Translations under genes and position numbers: made by a program
Shown here: piece after piece, positions 45,107 to 57,991 of the stretch
Layout: every line of letters begins with the position of its first letter
Position numbering within the stretch: the stretch's first letter is position 1
Source of the DNA: Rhizaria sp. SCN 62-66
Lineage: Eukaryota
DNA: 60,500 nucleotides
Assembly: GCA_001724265.1 (NCBI GenBank)
Contig: MEDY01000032.1
Span: 62,001 to 122,500, forward strand
Direction: 5' to 3'
Notes under the pieces: model-generated
Seen by the model: only the letters and a program-made list of their open reading frames with translations
The model's database searches: none
What the model was told of the DNA's origin: nothing

Positions 45107-45754
45107 GCTCGCTTGACTTAAATCGTCGTGCTGTGCGGTGCGAGCGTACAATGTGCTGCATGGGTTTACTCTTTTCATGGAGCCAGATTGGTTATAGTTA
45201 GAATACGTTTGATATATCATTTTGAACACATCTACTCATATCTATGTTTGTTACTTAGACTTACAACTTACTTAACACGCGTTACATAGATGAACTTTTG
45301 TGTTGTTCTGTGATGCAACGCCTTGCTTGTCTTTCAGACTAATTCAGGAGATTCACAACGAATTATACATATTCAAGTATTTAAATCACAATATTGCATT
45401 TCACGTTGTATTGTATGTAGCATATTTAAAGTCAGCTTTTAAATAATGTCATCTTGCTAGGATTTGCGGTGAAAATATGGTTTGTGGTGAGTCTCTGGTT
45501 GTGTCGGTCAAACTTGTGGGGTCAAGGTCGAGTCTGACTTTATCGCAAGCAAACTGAACGACAAACTCCGTCATTAGCGCGCCCACGTCGTAGTCGAGTT
45601 TTAACGTGAAATAGCTATATGACCATCATTTGATATCTTGTTTCATGGTCATTAATGTCGTATATTTCTTGATTTTATCGATCGGACTCGCCACATCATC
45701 GTCACTCATCTCACTCTCCTTATTTTTAATCTGTTGTCGTCATTCAGAGCTGTC

Positions 45755-48700
45755 ATGCACGCCTTTGGTGGGCGTGTAGTAAGCTTTTTAACTGGAGGTA
45801 CGCACTGATGCTAGTTTCATTTGCTTAACCATTGACAATTCTCTATTTCCACGCTTCACTCGCCTCGTTGCTGCTTTGCTTTGTTCCGTCATATTTGTAA
45901 CTCTACCCGTATCTCTGCCTCTGCTCTGTCACTATTCCTCTATCTCTCTCTCACCCACCCGCCGCGCGACACCGCTCACGTCCCGTTTCCCCCAGGCCTC
46001 TTTATCTTCCTTTCTATCACTTCCGTCTTGATTTCCCACACAGGACTCACAGCGAGGCTCCACAAACTCGGCGCTAACGGCAGCGGCAGCAGCAGCGGCG
46101 CCGCTACGGTAACCCCGTTTGGCTCCACCCGGTACTTTGTCGCTGCCGCCACCACGGGCACTGCGCTCTCGCTTATGTCGCTCATGATGGCGCCCGCCTA
46201 CGCCAAGACGCGTACGTTCCATACGACAACCCGTCCGGGTAAACTTGCTTTGTTCTCGCTTAAATCTATGTATCTTGCGCTATGGTTATTCCATAATCAA
46301 TTTGTATAACGATAATATGTTTAATTTTTAGTTTTCTTACTACTTGCTCAAATATCCGGTCACATTCACACATTTACTCCATACTCGTTTCATTGCTCTT
46401 TTCACTCTCTCATTTGCGTTGCTCTTCTCTGCTATGTTCCGCCCCCTGCCGCCGCAGTGCGCGCCGAGCTCCCCTCCCCCGACTCGATCCCATCGCAGCC
46501 ACTGTCCGCCCTGGCGGCCACGCTGCGCTCCGCCCTCCACTCGCACTCGACGACCGCGCTCAACCGCGGTTACCTGGCGTCGATGCACACCGCGCAGCTC
46601 GCCGCCAACCCTAAGATCGAGGACACGTTCGCGGCCAAGCGCGCCCTCGCCTCGGACTCGGGCGCTCTCTTCGGCGTTTTTGACGGACACACTGGCCGCG
46701 GCGCCTCGGCGTTCTGCGAGCAGGAGCTCCTCGAGTACATGGACTACTACCGCGCGCAGGTACATACGCCTATGTGCATATATATATCAACCAAATAACA
46801 CTATCGCACTATAAACGTGTTGTATTTAGATTTCATTGTGCAATTCATATATTATTTCTAAGCTTTGTTTTAATATGCATTTACTAACCTTATCAAATCT
46901 CTTATGCTCTTTGTGCTTGTCCATGCTATACGCTCCACAGAACTACACCCAATCGGTGGTGTCTGGCACACCTTTCGTGCACGCCGACGAGCACTTCCTG
47001 AAGTACGCGCTCGCCGACAAGGACTTCAACAAGGGCTTCTCAGGTGCTTGCGCTCTTGTTGCCCACGTCCAGCGTACGTCGTCGACCAACACTAAGACAA
47101 CGCTGAAGCACGAAACATCGTGTCTTGCTTCTGTCACGAAAAGACGTTTCTCGCAACGAAGCAAACTATTGCGGAAACAAAATCAAAATCACTATTTTTT
47201 TTAAACCTACATCTACATAATAATTCGCTCACCTTATTTTCTTATATTCTTTTTTGTGTTGTTGTATATCCGCCCTATATCATCTATCTGTACAGAGGAC
47301 ATCGTGCGCACGGCGTCGGCCGGCGACTGCCGCGCCGTCGTCGGGCGCCGCCGCGATCCCGCCTCGGCGCGCGTGGCCGTGCCCGTGTCCTCCTACCCGG
47401 CCCCCGCGCCCGCGACCCCGGCCTGCCCGCAGACCGGCGGTTCGCTCTCCGCCTTCTTCGGCGGCGTCTTCGGCGGCGGCGGCAGTCACAGCAAGGACGA
47501 CGACGCGGTGGCTGCGGCGCTGGGCCCCGCGTGCCCGGCGGCCCCCGCGGCCGCGGACGGCACCGTGGTCGGCGAGGGGCTGGCCGCGCGCACGGTCGGC
47601 AAGCTCGAGGCGGCCGCGGCGCGCACGCTCGACGGGCCCGTGCTGCTGACGCCCTCGGCTCTCCACACCAGTACGTCTCGAGAGCGCTTAAAAAGAACGA
47701 AATTGGGGATATCCCGAGCAAGTGAAGTTGAAATTACATGAATCTCTACAATATGATTTACATTGTGATTAAGCATATATTCTAATGCCCATATATGTCA
47801 CATTTTTCTTGTATATTCTTCTCTCGCTTCCTGTAGCCTCGACGCACGACGCCGTGGAGCTCTCGGTGGAGCACCAGATCGACACGATGTTCGCCGAGCG
47901 CGAGCGCCTGCTGGCGGCGCACCCGTTTGAGGAGGACCTGCTGCGGTCCAACCGCGTCAAGGGCCGCCTGCAGCCCACGCGCGGCGTCGGCGACGGCGTC
48001 TACAAGAAGATGGAGTACGTCACTGCACATCGCACTAAAACAGGGAATTGACACGTATAATTTCCCGCAAGGTTTATGATTTTATTTTATATAACACTTG
48101 AACATGAATTTTGCAGATTTTAACAGAAAATCATCGCTTTAATCTTTTACATTTTCGCTCATCGACTCTCTTTTGTCATTTTGTCATTGCTGCGCCTTTG
48201 CGTTCTTTAGGTACTTCATGGCGCGCGACCGGTACCGCGACCGCTACGGCGCGTGGACTCCGCCCTACACCACTGCGGACCCGGACATCACGGCCTACAA
48301 GCTGCATCCACGCGACGAGTTCCTTGTTCTCGCGACGGACGGCCTGTTCCAGGAGCTGACGCCGGCGCTGGTGACCAAGTACGTCGGCGAGTTTCTGGCG
48401 GACCCCGAGGCGCGCGCGCGACACAAGGACAACTGCGGCGCGTTTCTGATCGAGAAGGCGCTGCTGCACGCGTCCGAGTACGCGATCGGCCGCCGCGGCG
48501 CTGAGCGCAACCTGGGCTGGGTACTGGCGCTGCCCAAGGAGGCTAAGCGCAACTTCCACGACGACATCACCGTCGCCGTCATCTTCTTCACGCCCGAGCT
48601 CGCAGAGGGCAAGCCGCCCGCCGTGATGGACACCGCGGTCGGCGGACGCATCACTGCGCCCGCGACGCTGCAGCGCGCCATCAAGGACGCTGAGAAGGCC

Positions 48701-49072
48701 GTCGCCGACGCCGCTGGCGCTGCTGCTGCTGCTGCTGCTGCTGCTGCCGCTGCTGCCGCCACCGCTGCTGTTGCTTCGAGTGCTGCGATTGCGCAGGAGC
48801 CTGTGTCGCAGGAGGCTGTGTCTGGCGTGCCCGCCACGGTTCACCGCCAGGAGGATGAGAGCAAGGACGACTCGACTGTGAGTCGCAAGCTGCGCGTGGA
48901 GGACCTGCTGCTGGTGCCGTTCCCGTCGCGCGGCAACGCGGTGCCCACGGCCGAGCAGGTAGTCGCCGCCGCCGCCAGCGCCGCCGCTGCAGTCGCGGGC
49001 ATCGAGGACGACGAGGTGGACGCTGTGCTGGCCGAGGTGCTCGGCCTCAAGCCCATCGATGCCAAGCTCTAA
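45755..49072 (+). CDS. PP2C-family phosphatase, pyruvate dehydrogenase phosphatase (PDP/Ptc5)-like, ~686 aa, 7 exons
   Basis: Exons 45755-45797, 46044-46211, 46458-46759, 46941-47073, 47296-47670, 47837-48014, 48211-49072. All introns are GT-AG with consistent phases. Motifs: QLAANPKIED, FGVFDGHTG, SGACALV, AGDCRAVVG, RVKGRLQPTRGVGD, TPPYTTADPDIT, FLVLATDGLF, FHDDITVAVIFF. Stop TAA. Confidence 0.88.
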
Positions 49073-49438
49073 TCTACTAGTAAGCGCTAGGCTTGTTACA
49101 TACGTGTTGATATAGGACTGAATAATCGAAATAGAAAAATCAAGAATAGAAACACATACTTGAGATATGCGTTGTTGCTGTATGGTATGTATGAGATATC
49201 AAGATATAAGTGGTTTGCAAGGAGGGGGGCTGAAGAGTCGGCACATTTAAAGAATGGTCAAAGGTTACCTTGGAAGGTGCATATTGAGGCACATTGATCG
49301 TCAAAAACTATTTTGAGTCTGGTTCAGAATAAATTATTATTTTGTAAGTTTTAATCTCTAATTGTGTATCTAACTAGTTCGAAATTACCTGTTGTATCCG
49401 CATTTCAATATCCCTCACGTGCTCGCTCTAGTTTGGCG

Positions 49439-51793
49439 ATGTTGCAGAGGTCATCCGTCACTCTTGCACGCGTCTCTGCGCGTTCTTCCCGTCTTACGAC
49501 CCGTGTCACTGTTGCTCCCGCTGCATTGTCTACGAGCACTGCGTCAGCACTCCCAGCACGCGGATACCAGTCCACTACCAAGTCTGTGTCGTTGTTGCAC
49601 AATGGCGTCAGCAACAGCTTCATCTCTGCTGCCCCATCCCGCGCTTTCTTTAACTTCCCCGGCTCTGGCAGCTCCAAGCCCGTCGCTCCGATGACCCCCA
49701 CGCCCGGCAAGCCCGGCACGACGACGTCTGCGGACGGCCGCGTCTGCCACGTGGTGACGCAGACGGTCCCCTTCCCGCCCTCGTTCATGTGCGACGTGGC
49801 GGCCGATGTGGCGGAATACCGCCACTTCCTGCCCTTCTGCTCCGACTCGGTCGTCAAGCCCGCGACCGAACAGTTCGCCGACTGCGTGCACGCGCACCCG
49901 CATCCGATTCCGGCGCTCGCGGCCTCGCCCTACGCGCCCCGCAAGGCCGCCGGACCCGGCCGCATGTTCGAGGCCGACCTCCACATCGGCTACGGCGCCT
50001 TTTCCATGGCTTACTCCTCGCTCGTCACGGTGCAGGCGCCGTTCCGCGTGCTCAGCGAGGCTCTTCCGGCGCGCGGCTCCGTGTTCTCGCACCTCGTCTC
50101 GCAGTGGGAGTTTAGTCCCGCGGGTAATGCCAACAACAATGCGAACAATGCAAACAACAACACGGAGGCGCAGCAGTGCACGATCCACTTCACCGTCGAC
50201 TTCAAGGTCTCGTCGCCTCTGTACGCTGGCGTTGTCAAGACCGTTTTTGCTGAGATTGCGAAGAAACAGCTTGACGCGTTCGTCGGCCGCGCCAGGAAGA
50301 TCTATCCCGCGTGGCGCGCCAAGCAGCAGCAACAGATTCAGAAGCAGCAGCAGAGTCAGCAGCAGGCTCAGCAGCAGGCTAGTGTGTCTGCGTCCAGTGG
50401 CACTATTTCTAGCCCCGTTGGCACGCAGTCGTTGCCCAGTGCCACGATCGCGGCCCCTGCTGCCTCTGCTGCCTCTGCTGCTGTCGGCAGTGGAGCGAGC
50501 ATGGCGGCGTCGCTGGCGCTCTCCTTGTGGCAGCGCCAGGCGTCTTTCGCCGACGACCAGCTCGCTGCGCTTGTCAACGAGGCCATCGCCGCCGTCTCCA
50601 GCAGTGGTGCAAACGGCGGCAGCGCAGGAGACGGGGCCAAGGCCGTGGCGCCCACGGCTTTCTCGCTGACTCCCGCCCGCGTCGCCTCGCTGTCCCTCCG
50701 CGTCCCCGTCGCAGCCTCTAGTGTAAGAACCCCCTTGGAGGGCGAGTGCGAGGGCACGGTCGACTGCACCGGCGCGCCCACGCTCGGCGGCTTGTTTTTG
50801 AACCAGGCCGCATTCACGTCGCTTTGCGCGCGTGCCAATAGCGCGACGCTGGCGCCCGACGCTGTTCCGCTGCTGCGGCGCTTCCGCGAGCGGTACATCA
50901 TCAAGGCGGCGGCCGAGTCGCCTGCTGTCGCCGCGGCGCTCTGGGAGTTCGTCGTCGCGCTCTCGCCCACCGCTCGCACCGGTGCCCACTCCGCTTCCAG
51001 TGCCAATGCAGGCAGCGCCAGTGCGAACAGCGCGGGCTCCGATGTGAGTGTGCGTATTGACGACGCGTTGTGCGCTCTGTACACGGTTACGCGCGCGTCG
51101 ACTTTCGACCGCGTCATGGCCTTGTACCTCGCTCTGCTGTACACCAGCCCTTCCAGCGCCCTCAGCCTCGGCCTCAGTAGGCAGAGCCAGAGCCAGAGCG
51201 GCGGCCCCAGCGGCCGCCCCGTGACCGCGACGGCTTCGGCGGCCCGTGTCAAGTCGCTCATCTCGATTTTTACGGTCCTGCACACGACCACGGTGCGCCA
51301 CGTCGCCCCGCGCATGGTTGTCCGCCGCGCCCAGCGGCTCCGCACAGCTGCCGCGGCGGCGGCGGCTCCCGGCGCGCGCGCGCTCGAGGCCGCCGATGCG
51401 CTCCCGTTCGCGCTTGGCGACAGCGACGCGCGCGCGCGGGCTTTCGTCGCCTCCGCGTCCGAGAGCGTGTCGCCGGCTGTGGCGGCCAAGGGCGCGCCGC
51501 GTGTGGTCGAGGCGCTGGCGCTAATGGGGGCCGTGGTGGGGGAGACTGAGGCGGCGGCGAGAGCGCTGCCTGCCCTTGTGTGCGCCGCGCTGCCCACGGT
51601 CGCCGGCTCTGCTGCTGCTATGGGCGAGGCGGGGGAAGTGGTGGCGTTCGGCGAGGGAGAGTGGGCTGCGGCGTGGGGCCGCGCGCAGGCGGCGGAGCTG
51701 GTTGCCGCGATCGGGCTGCAGGGTGTCGAGGGGCTCGTCGACTGGGCGCTGGCCGAGTCGGCCGCGGACCGCGCGATCGAGAGCGAGAATTGA
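49439..51793 (+). CDS. COQ10: Mitochondrial COQ10-like START-domain protein with ~490-aa C-terminal extension (~784 aa)
   Basis: Arg/Ser-rich presequence MLQRSSVTLARVSARSSR; START/COQ10 motifs VPFPPSFMCDVAADVAEYRHFLPFCSDS, EADLHIGYGAFSMAYSSLV, FSHLVSQWEF, CTIHFTVDFKVSSPLY, QLDAFVGRARKIY (~49745-50305). Stop TGA. Confidence 0.8.
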   Translation: MLQRSSVTLARVSARSSRLTTRVTVAPAALSTSTASALPARGYQSTTKSVSLLHNGVSNSFISAAPSRAFFNFPGSGSSKPVAPMTPTPGKPGTTTSADGRVCHVVTQTVPFPPSFMCDVAADVAEYRHFLPFCSDSVVKPATEQFADCVHAHPHPIPALAASPYAPRKAAGPGRMFEADLHIGYGAFSMAYSSLVTVQAPFRVLSEALPARGSVFSHLVSQWEFSPAGNANNNANNANNNTEAQQCTIHFTVDFKVSSPLYAGVVKTVFAEIAKKQLDAFVGRARKIYPAWRAKQQQQIQKQQQSQQQAQQQASVSASSGTISSPVGTQSLPSATIAAPAASAASAAVGSGASMAASLALSLWQRQASFADDQLAALVNEAIAAVSSSGANGGSAGDGAKAVAPTAFSLTPARVASLSLRVPVAASSVRTPLEGECEGTVDCTGAPTLGGLFLNQAAFTSLCARANSATLAPDAVPLLRRFRERYIIKAAAESPAVAAALWEFVVALSPTARTGAHSASSANAGSASANSAGSDVSVRIDDALCALYTVTRASTFDRVMALYLALLYTSPSSALSLGLSRQSQSQSGGPSGRPVTATASAARVKSLISIFTVLHTTTVRHVAPRMVVRRAQRLRTAAAAAAAPGARALEAADALPFALGDSDARARAFVASASESVSPAVAAKGAPRVVEALALMGAVVGETEAAARALPALVCAALPTVAGSAAAMGEAGEVVAFGEGEWAAAWGRAQAAELVAAIGLQGVEGLVDWALAESAADRAIESEN

Positions 51794-52282
51794 CAGTTAC
51801 GCACGGACGACAGCGAGACTGTGTGCATGGGTTTGACTGAGCTTTCGTATCCTGCCTTATTTATTTGACGTGACGATGATCCGCGCCAGTTCTGGCAAAA
51901 AAGCGGAATTTAACATTTAAACTGAAGTTTGTGTCAATGTTTTGAGTAAGCTATTGATTGATCACCGGCCATGAGTTGCGTGTTGATTTATACCACATGA
52001 TCGTTGTCTTATTTGCTTTACAGCACGTTTACCATAATTATTTATATTTGTACAAACACAGTTTGAAGCGCGACAGGGTGCACAGATAAAGAGTCAGCTT
52101 ATTCTAAAATGCGTGGTGACCACCAGTAGTGACGGACATGTATTTTTTGTTAACTAACGCCAGCTTTCATTTCAATTCCCTTGAATGCACAGTTATGTCA
52201 GATCTTGGCTTTGTACAGATTAAATGAAAAATTGTATTGGGTTCGCTATTTATCAAGGTGACACTAAAGTTACAGAGCAGTC

Positions 52283-55200
52283 TTAAGACAGAGACGTAAA
52301 CGCATGAGAAGCCAGCGTCAGCGGCGGCACTTTGTTCCCAGCGGCACCAGCCGCCGCTGCCGCAACCAGAATCGCCGCAGCCTCCGCGTCCCCGTCCCCA
52401 AACGAGCGTCGCGCACTGGCCGCGGCGACCGCAGCGGCGGCCGCGGCGGTGGCGACGGGCCCCGAGCGCGGGCTGCCGCGCGGCGCGAGCGTGCGCGTGT
52501 TGCGGCCGGGCGTCGGCGTGCGCGCCGAGTTGTTGCTGTTGTTGTCTGGGGACGACGGGCGCGACGCGCCGCCCGCGCCGCTGCTACTTCTGCTGCTGTT
52601 GGGGTTCGCCGCGGGGTTGAGCGCCATCGCGGGGAGCGCCGCAGTCGCTGCAGCGGCCCCGCGTGACGGCGTGTCCGGGCTGGGGGCGTTCATGCTCGTC
52701 TTGCGAGACAGCGTGCCGGTGTGCGAGCCGCCGCTGCTGTTGATCGCACTGGACAGCGTGCTGACGCCTGGGGCGCCGGTCGCCGCGGGAGGACTGGGCG
52801 AAGGTCCCGCCACGCCCGCGAGCGACAGTGACAGCACGCGCGCGGGCAGGCCGGGCGCGGCGCTCGCCGCAAGGCTGCTGCTGCTACTCGCGGCCGAGGC
52901 GCTCGCGGCCACAGCGCCGCCCGACGCCGCTGCTGTGGGCATCGAGAAAGGGAAGGAGGTTGGCACGCCGCCGCCGCCGTCGCCGCTCACGGAGGCGCGG
53001 GAGCCGGCGCTGCCGCCGCGGGGCGTCTGCGGCGGCGGCTGTGCGCCCCGCACGCTGCCGCTGTAGCCCGCGCCGAGCAGCGACGAGCCGGGACCGCCGC
53101 CGTGGCTTTGCGGGCTGTGGCCGCCGAAGAAGGTGAACGCGCCGCCGCTGCTGCTGCTGTTGCTGCGTGGTGTCGCCGCCGCCGCGTCGCTGAAGCTGCC
53201 TCCGCCGCTGGCCCAGGCGTTGCGCGCACTGAGGCTGCCACCGCCGCCGCTGGCCGCAGTATTGGACTGGAAGCGAGGCGTGGGCGGCGCGAGGCTGCCG
53301 TACGCGCCGCCCGCGCCCGTGGCCGAGCCGGCGGGGGACGCCACCCCGGCCGCTGCCGCCGTCGCTGCCGCCGCCAAGGATGACGGCGAGTGGAGCAGAT
53401 GCTGGGGCGCGTGGGTTGGCGAGCCGAAGGTGAAGGCGGACGACGCGTGAAGCATCGGCGGCCGCGGGCTCGTCGGCAGCGCAGCCAGAGCGCCGTCCTC
53501 GCCGTCGACACCGGAGGCCGCGGTAGTTGACGCCGCGGCCGCAGCGGCGGCGGCCACGACGGCTGCGGCGGCGGCGGTGGAGCTGTTGGTTCGCGTTGTC
53601 GGCGCAAACGCGGAGCCCGTGCCGGGCCCGCTCCACGCGCCGCCGCCGCCGCTAGCGTTCGTGCTGGTGGTGGCGGAGCGCGGGGAAGCGATGAACACGC
53701 TCTGCTGCTGCGCCGTGACGTCGACCGTAAGCGCACTCCCCGCGCCCGCGCCGCCGGCAAAGTTGAGCCCCATCGGCGCCGCGTCGTCGGGGGACGCTAT
53801 GGGTGACATCGCCGCGGCCGCGGCGGCGGCGGCAGCGGCGGCGGCGGCCGCGGCGGCGGAGGGCGTCGAGAGTCCGTTGGCGGCGGTAAACATGCGGACC
53901 TGCTGCGAGAGCGCCTTGAAGCGTGCCTGCAGCTCGTCGCGGATCTGCACCTGCGCCTGATACTTGAGCTTGAACTGGCTCGCCTGCTCCTTAAGGTCAA
54001 GCCGCTCGTCGACCATCTCCTGGCACCGCGCCAGCGCCGCCGTCGCGCGCTCACGCTCTGCGCCCAAGAGGGCTTCGAGGCGCGCGGCGCGGAGCTCGGC
54101 GGCGTCGGCGCGCGCCTTGGCAGGGCGCAACGCGGCAAGCTCGCGCGAATCTAGTAGCGCCTGCGCCTGGGCCTGCGTATGCGCGCGCCGCAGTGCGAGG
54201 AGCTCGCGCTCGAGGGACGTGAGGCGCGACTCGCTGTCGGCGAACTCGCGCTGACGCAGCTCCAGGGCACTCGTGAGCCTGTGTGCAGCACATGTGAAAG
54301 GATCACACAAGGGGGACGACAAATATTAGAGATGGCATTCTCATCGCACAATAGGAGTTGTTATTCATTGTTATTTGGTCAGATACATATGATGAGATGG
54401 TGACGTACTTGTGGATTTCCTGCGTTGAGTTGTGGAAAATCTTCTCGTTGTGTGCTGCACGCAGACGCACGAGCGCAGCTTCCTCACGCGCGGCAGTGAC
54501 TGCAGACTCTAGGGTCTGCACTTGTTCAGTGAGGCCGGCGACCTTCGCGGCCATGTCGTCGTCCTCCATAACAGACGCCTACAAAATGTAAAAAACAACA
54601 ACAGATGAAATGATCCATAAGCACTTTGACATAGAACACCGGAAACATCGAACATAATTCGAATCAAGGAGCGCTAACGTACGAGTTTCTTCTTTTCAGC
54701 GAGCGCCTCCTTGCGCAGCCGCTCGATCTCTTCCACGCGCACCGACGCCAACCGGTCCGTGAGCGCCCTGTTGTCCGCACGCTGCGCCTCAGCCTTGGCC
54801 AGCGCCTCCGCGGCCTCTCTCTTGGCCTTTTCCTCGGCCTCCTTCGACACCAGCACCAGCGCGGCGGCGGCGGTGCGCTCTTCCGCGGCGGCGGCGGTGA
54901 CGGCGACGACGTCTCTGAGGGCGCGCGAGAGCTCCTGCTCCAGCGCCATGCGCGCGTGCACGCCCGCCGCGGCCTCGGTCTCCATCATGCTGCGCGCGCG
55001 ATCGCGCTCCGCGTCGGCCTCGGCGCGCGCGAGCCGCTCGTTGCTGAGTTCGCCGTCGCGCTCCACCAGCGTCGACCGCGCAAGGATAAGATCGCGGCGC
55101 AACGCCTCAGCCTCGCGGGTGACCGTGAGCAGCGAGTGCGTGACGGCGGCGCGGTCGCGGGCCTCGTCGGCCTCGGCGCGCGTGTTCACAGCGGCGGCAG

Positions 55201-57991
55201 ACTTAAGCAGCTGCGTCTCGCGGGCCAGGTCGGCGCAGCGGGCCGTGGCGCCCAGTAGGGCCTCGGCGCGCGCCGTGGCGTCGGCGGCGGCCTGGCGCTC
55301 GGCGTCGGCGTGGCGGCGTAGCCGAGCCAGCTCGGACTGCCGCGACATTTCTACACAGAAGTACAATAAACAAAATACGCGTGCGTGTGAGACATGCTTT
55401 CAATAATTTGAGTATCAACTGTGTTGTGCATTGTGTTGATCGTACCTTTCTTATCGAACTCCTTGACAACTTGGTCAAGCGCTGACCGCGCAGCGGCAGT
55501 GTTGCGCTGCAAGCCCTCTGCCTCTGCACCGAGTTCGTAAATGCGACGCTCAGCTGCGCCGCGTGCGGCCTCACTTTGCTTCAGCGCAGCCTGCAGTGTG
55601 GCGACGTCAGTCGACAACACGTCTGCGTACGCGTCAGCATCCTGTAAAATGGAAAATAACAGACGGACAAGAGATTAGGAAGAACATACAGACACGTGAT
55701 CAGAATTCATCCACATCAAATCGAACTAAAAAAAAAACAGTCACAATTCGCATTATTCCGCATATTCGACGTACGTATGCAGCGCGTTCAAGCGTCGCGA
55801 GGCGCACCTGGACGTTTTTGTCCCTGCGCTCCAGCGCCTCCGCGCGCTCCTGCAGCTGCGGCACGGTCACGGCCAACGCCGCTGCCGCAGCCCGCGCGTC
55901 AGCCAGCTCGCGGCGGATCTGCGTCTCGGCAGCCTCGGCAAGCTTCTCGCTGGCGCCGACCGGCATTGCGCCCGTGGCCGCGTGCGCGCGGCGGAGTACC
56001 GCGAGCTCGGCCGACAGCGCGTCGTTCTCCCGCGCCGCGCCGGAGAGCACAGCGACGACGGCGCGGCCGCGCGCGCCGGCAGAGAGCGGCGCGGCAAGGA
56101 GTGACGTTGCGCCCGTGCTGCGCGTGTTGTGCGCCTCCACAGCGGCGATCGCCGTCGCCGTGCTGGTTGTGTCAGCGGCCGTCATAGCAGGCACCGCGAT
56201 CGGCAGCGCGCAGGCGCCCGCGTTGGTGGCGCCGCCGCCGCTGTTGATGCTGGTGATCGACGCCATCGGAGTTGCGGTCGCCGTGGCGTGCGACAGCGTA
56301 AGCGCGAGCTTGCGGAGCTCCCGCGCCGCCGTCGCCGACACAGGGTCGCTCGAGGCAGTGACCGTGATCGCCGCAGGTGTCGCCACGGTGAGCGCAGGGG
56401 CGTCGGAGGTTAGGCCGCAGCGGGGCCCGTCCGCGGACTCAGCGGCCGTCGCAGCGGCGGCAACGGCGGCGGTAGCAACCGTAGTAGGGACAAGGGGCCA
56501 CGGCGTCGCGTGCGCCGGTAGAGCCTTGCCGCGGCCGCTGAAGCTCGCACCGGCCGCAGCCGCAGCGGTGGCAGGGCGGCTGACAACGCCGCGCTGCGTG
56601 TTGCCGCTGCTGATGGCGTTGATGTTGCTGCTCGAGGTCAGACTCAGCGTCGGCACGGTTAATGCGCCCGTGTCGCCGCCAAAGCCAGACCAGCCGGCTC
56701 CGGCGCCGGTCAGAGCGCTCGTGCCACTGCCCTGCGTCGCGGTGATGAACGTTCCGCTGTGGCTGCGACTCGCGCCGACGCCGACGGTGGACGGCCGCGT
56801 GGGTCCGTGCATCCGGCCGCTGCTCACACCGCGCGTCGCCACAAAGCCAGGGTTCGTCGTCTGCTGCGATTCCTTCGCGTTGCTGCTGTTTGAGACCGCG
56901 AGCGCGTTGGCCGACTGCGACGCCGTCGACTGCTCCCAAGCCCGCGTCCAGTCGGCCGTATGCGCGATCGCGCCCGTCGCGGCGGTCGCCGTAGCGGCGG
57001 CGGCGGCGCGGGCGGCGGCCGCGGGCGTCAAAAACGCCGCAGACGCAGCCGCAGCGGGCTCACCTGCTGAGAAGTCATCTTCACTCTGTAGTTGGCCATT
57101 TCCGTGAGAGCCAACGTTGCCCGCGGCGGTGGACGCTGCGGTCGTGGCGGCGGCGGCGGCGATGGTGGCTGCAGCGGGGCGCGCGCCGGCTGCCAGCGGC
57201 TCCGCGGGCGGGACGAGCATCGACGCCACGCGCGCGGCCGAGAGCAGAGACGTGAGCGCTCGCGCAGAGGCGGCTGCGGGCAGGAGCGCGCCACCTGCGA
57301 GAGCTAACGCGGTCGCCGAGGCCGAGGCGGCGCCGTCTCTGCAGCCGACGCCGGGACCAGAAAACAAGGTCGACGCGGCTGACGGCGCGGCGCCGGTAGA
57401 CAGCAGGGTGGGGCGCAGTGCGACAGTTGACGGGGCCGCAGACGTGACTGGGCGGTGACGCGCAGCGCTGGCGTGAGCATTCGCGGTGCCATTCTTGCCG
57501 TTGGCACGGACTGCAGCCGTTGGCTGCGCGGTTGTGGGGCGGGAGTTCGCGCGCGAGTTGGCCAGCGAGTTGTGTGCCGAGGTGCCTGCGGACGCAGCGC
57601 CGCCGGCCCTGGAGGAGAGCGACTCACGCGCTGAGTGGCGGCCAGACTGGGGGCGCGACAGGTCGACCGTGTGCTGTTGCTGCTGCGTGGCGCCGTGGGC
57701 TGGGGACGCAAGCGCGGCAAATGCGGAGTAGTGCGTGGCGTCGGCAACCTGCGCGGCAAGGGCCTCGGCGCGCCAGGCCCATTCGGGCGAGTTCAGTGCC
57801 GCCGCGGGACCGGCATCGCTGTGAGGGCTAATGCTGAACTGTTGCTGCTGAGGGCCGTACTGTGAGGGGTAACCACGCGTTGAAGAGCCAGAACCGCGCG
57901 GGTTGTCAGAAAGCTCGGCAATATGCCGCGGGGTCGGCGGCAAAATCGAGAGCGCGCGTATGACATCCGAGTCGAGCGCAGACGTTGACAT
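52283..57991 (-). CDS. Large coiled-coil protein (~1748 aa), 5 exons, with low-complexity N- and C-termini
   Basis: Exons 57991-55775, 55641-55446, 55350-54683, 54578-54409, 54278-52283. GTACG...AG introns with consistent phases join five separate ORF-track entries. The central ~600 aa are E/R/A/L/Q heptad-rich. No family recognised. Stop TAA. Confidence 0.78.

Noticed and set aside
45798-48210. Introner-like repeated introns (two adjacent introns are both 246 nt)
   Set aside because: The introns share no visible sequence similarity beyond the donor hexamer and show no terminal repeats.
28952-51793. Functional cluster of mitochondrial genes (ACAD8, PDP-like, COQ10) or ciliary genes (INPP5E, TTLL)
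   Set aside because: They are interspersed with unrelated genes in mixed orientations, which is consistent with chance.
18233-57107. Many other long overlapping ORFs (e.g. 18233..19732, 38505..40061, 49544..51301, 50368..51828, 55563..57107)
   Set aside because: They lie antisense or off-frame within identified genes; stop scarcity in GC-rich DNA explains them and none shows domain motifs.
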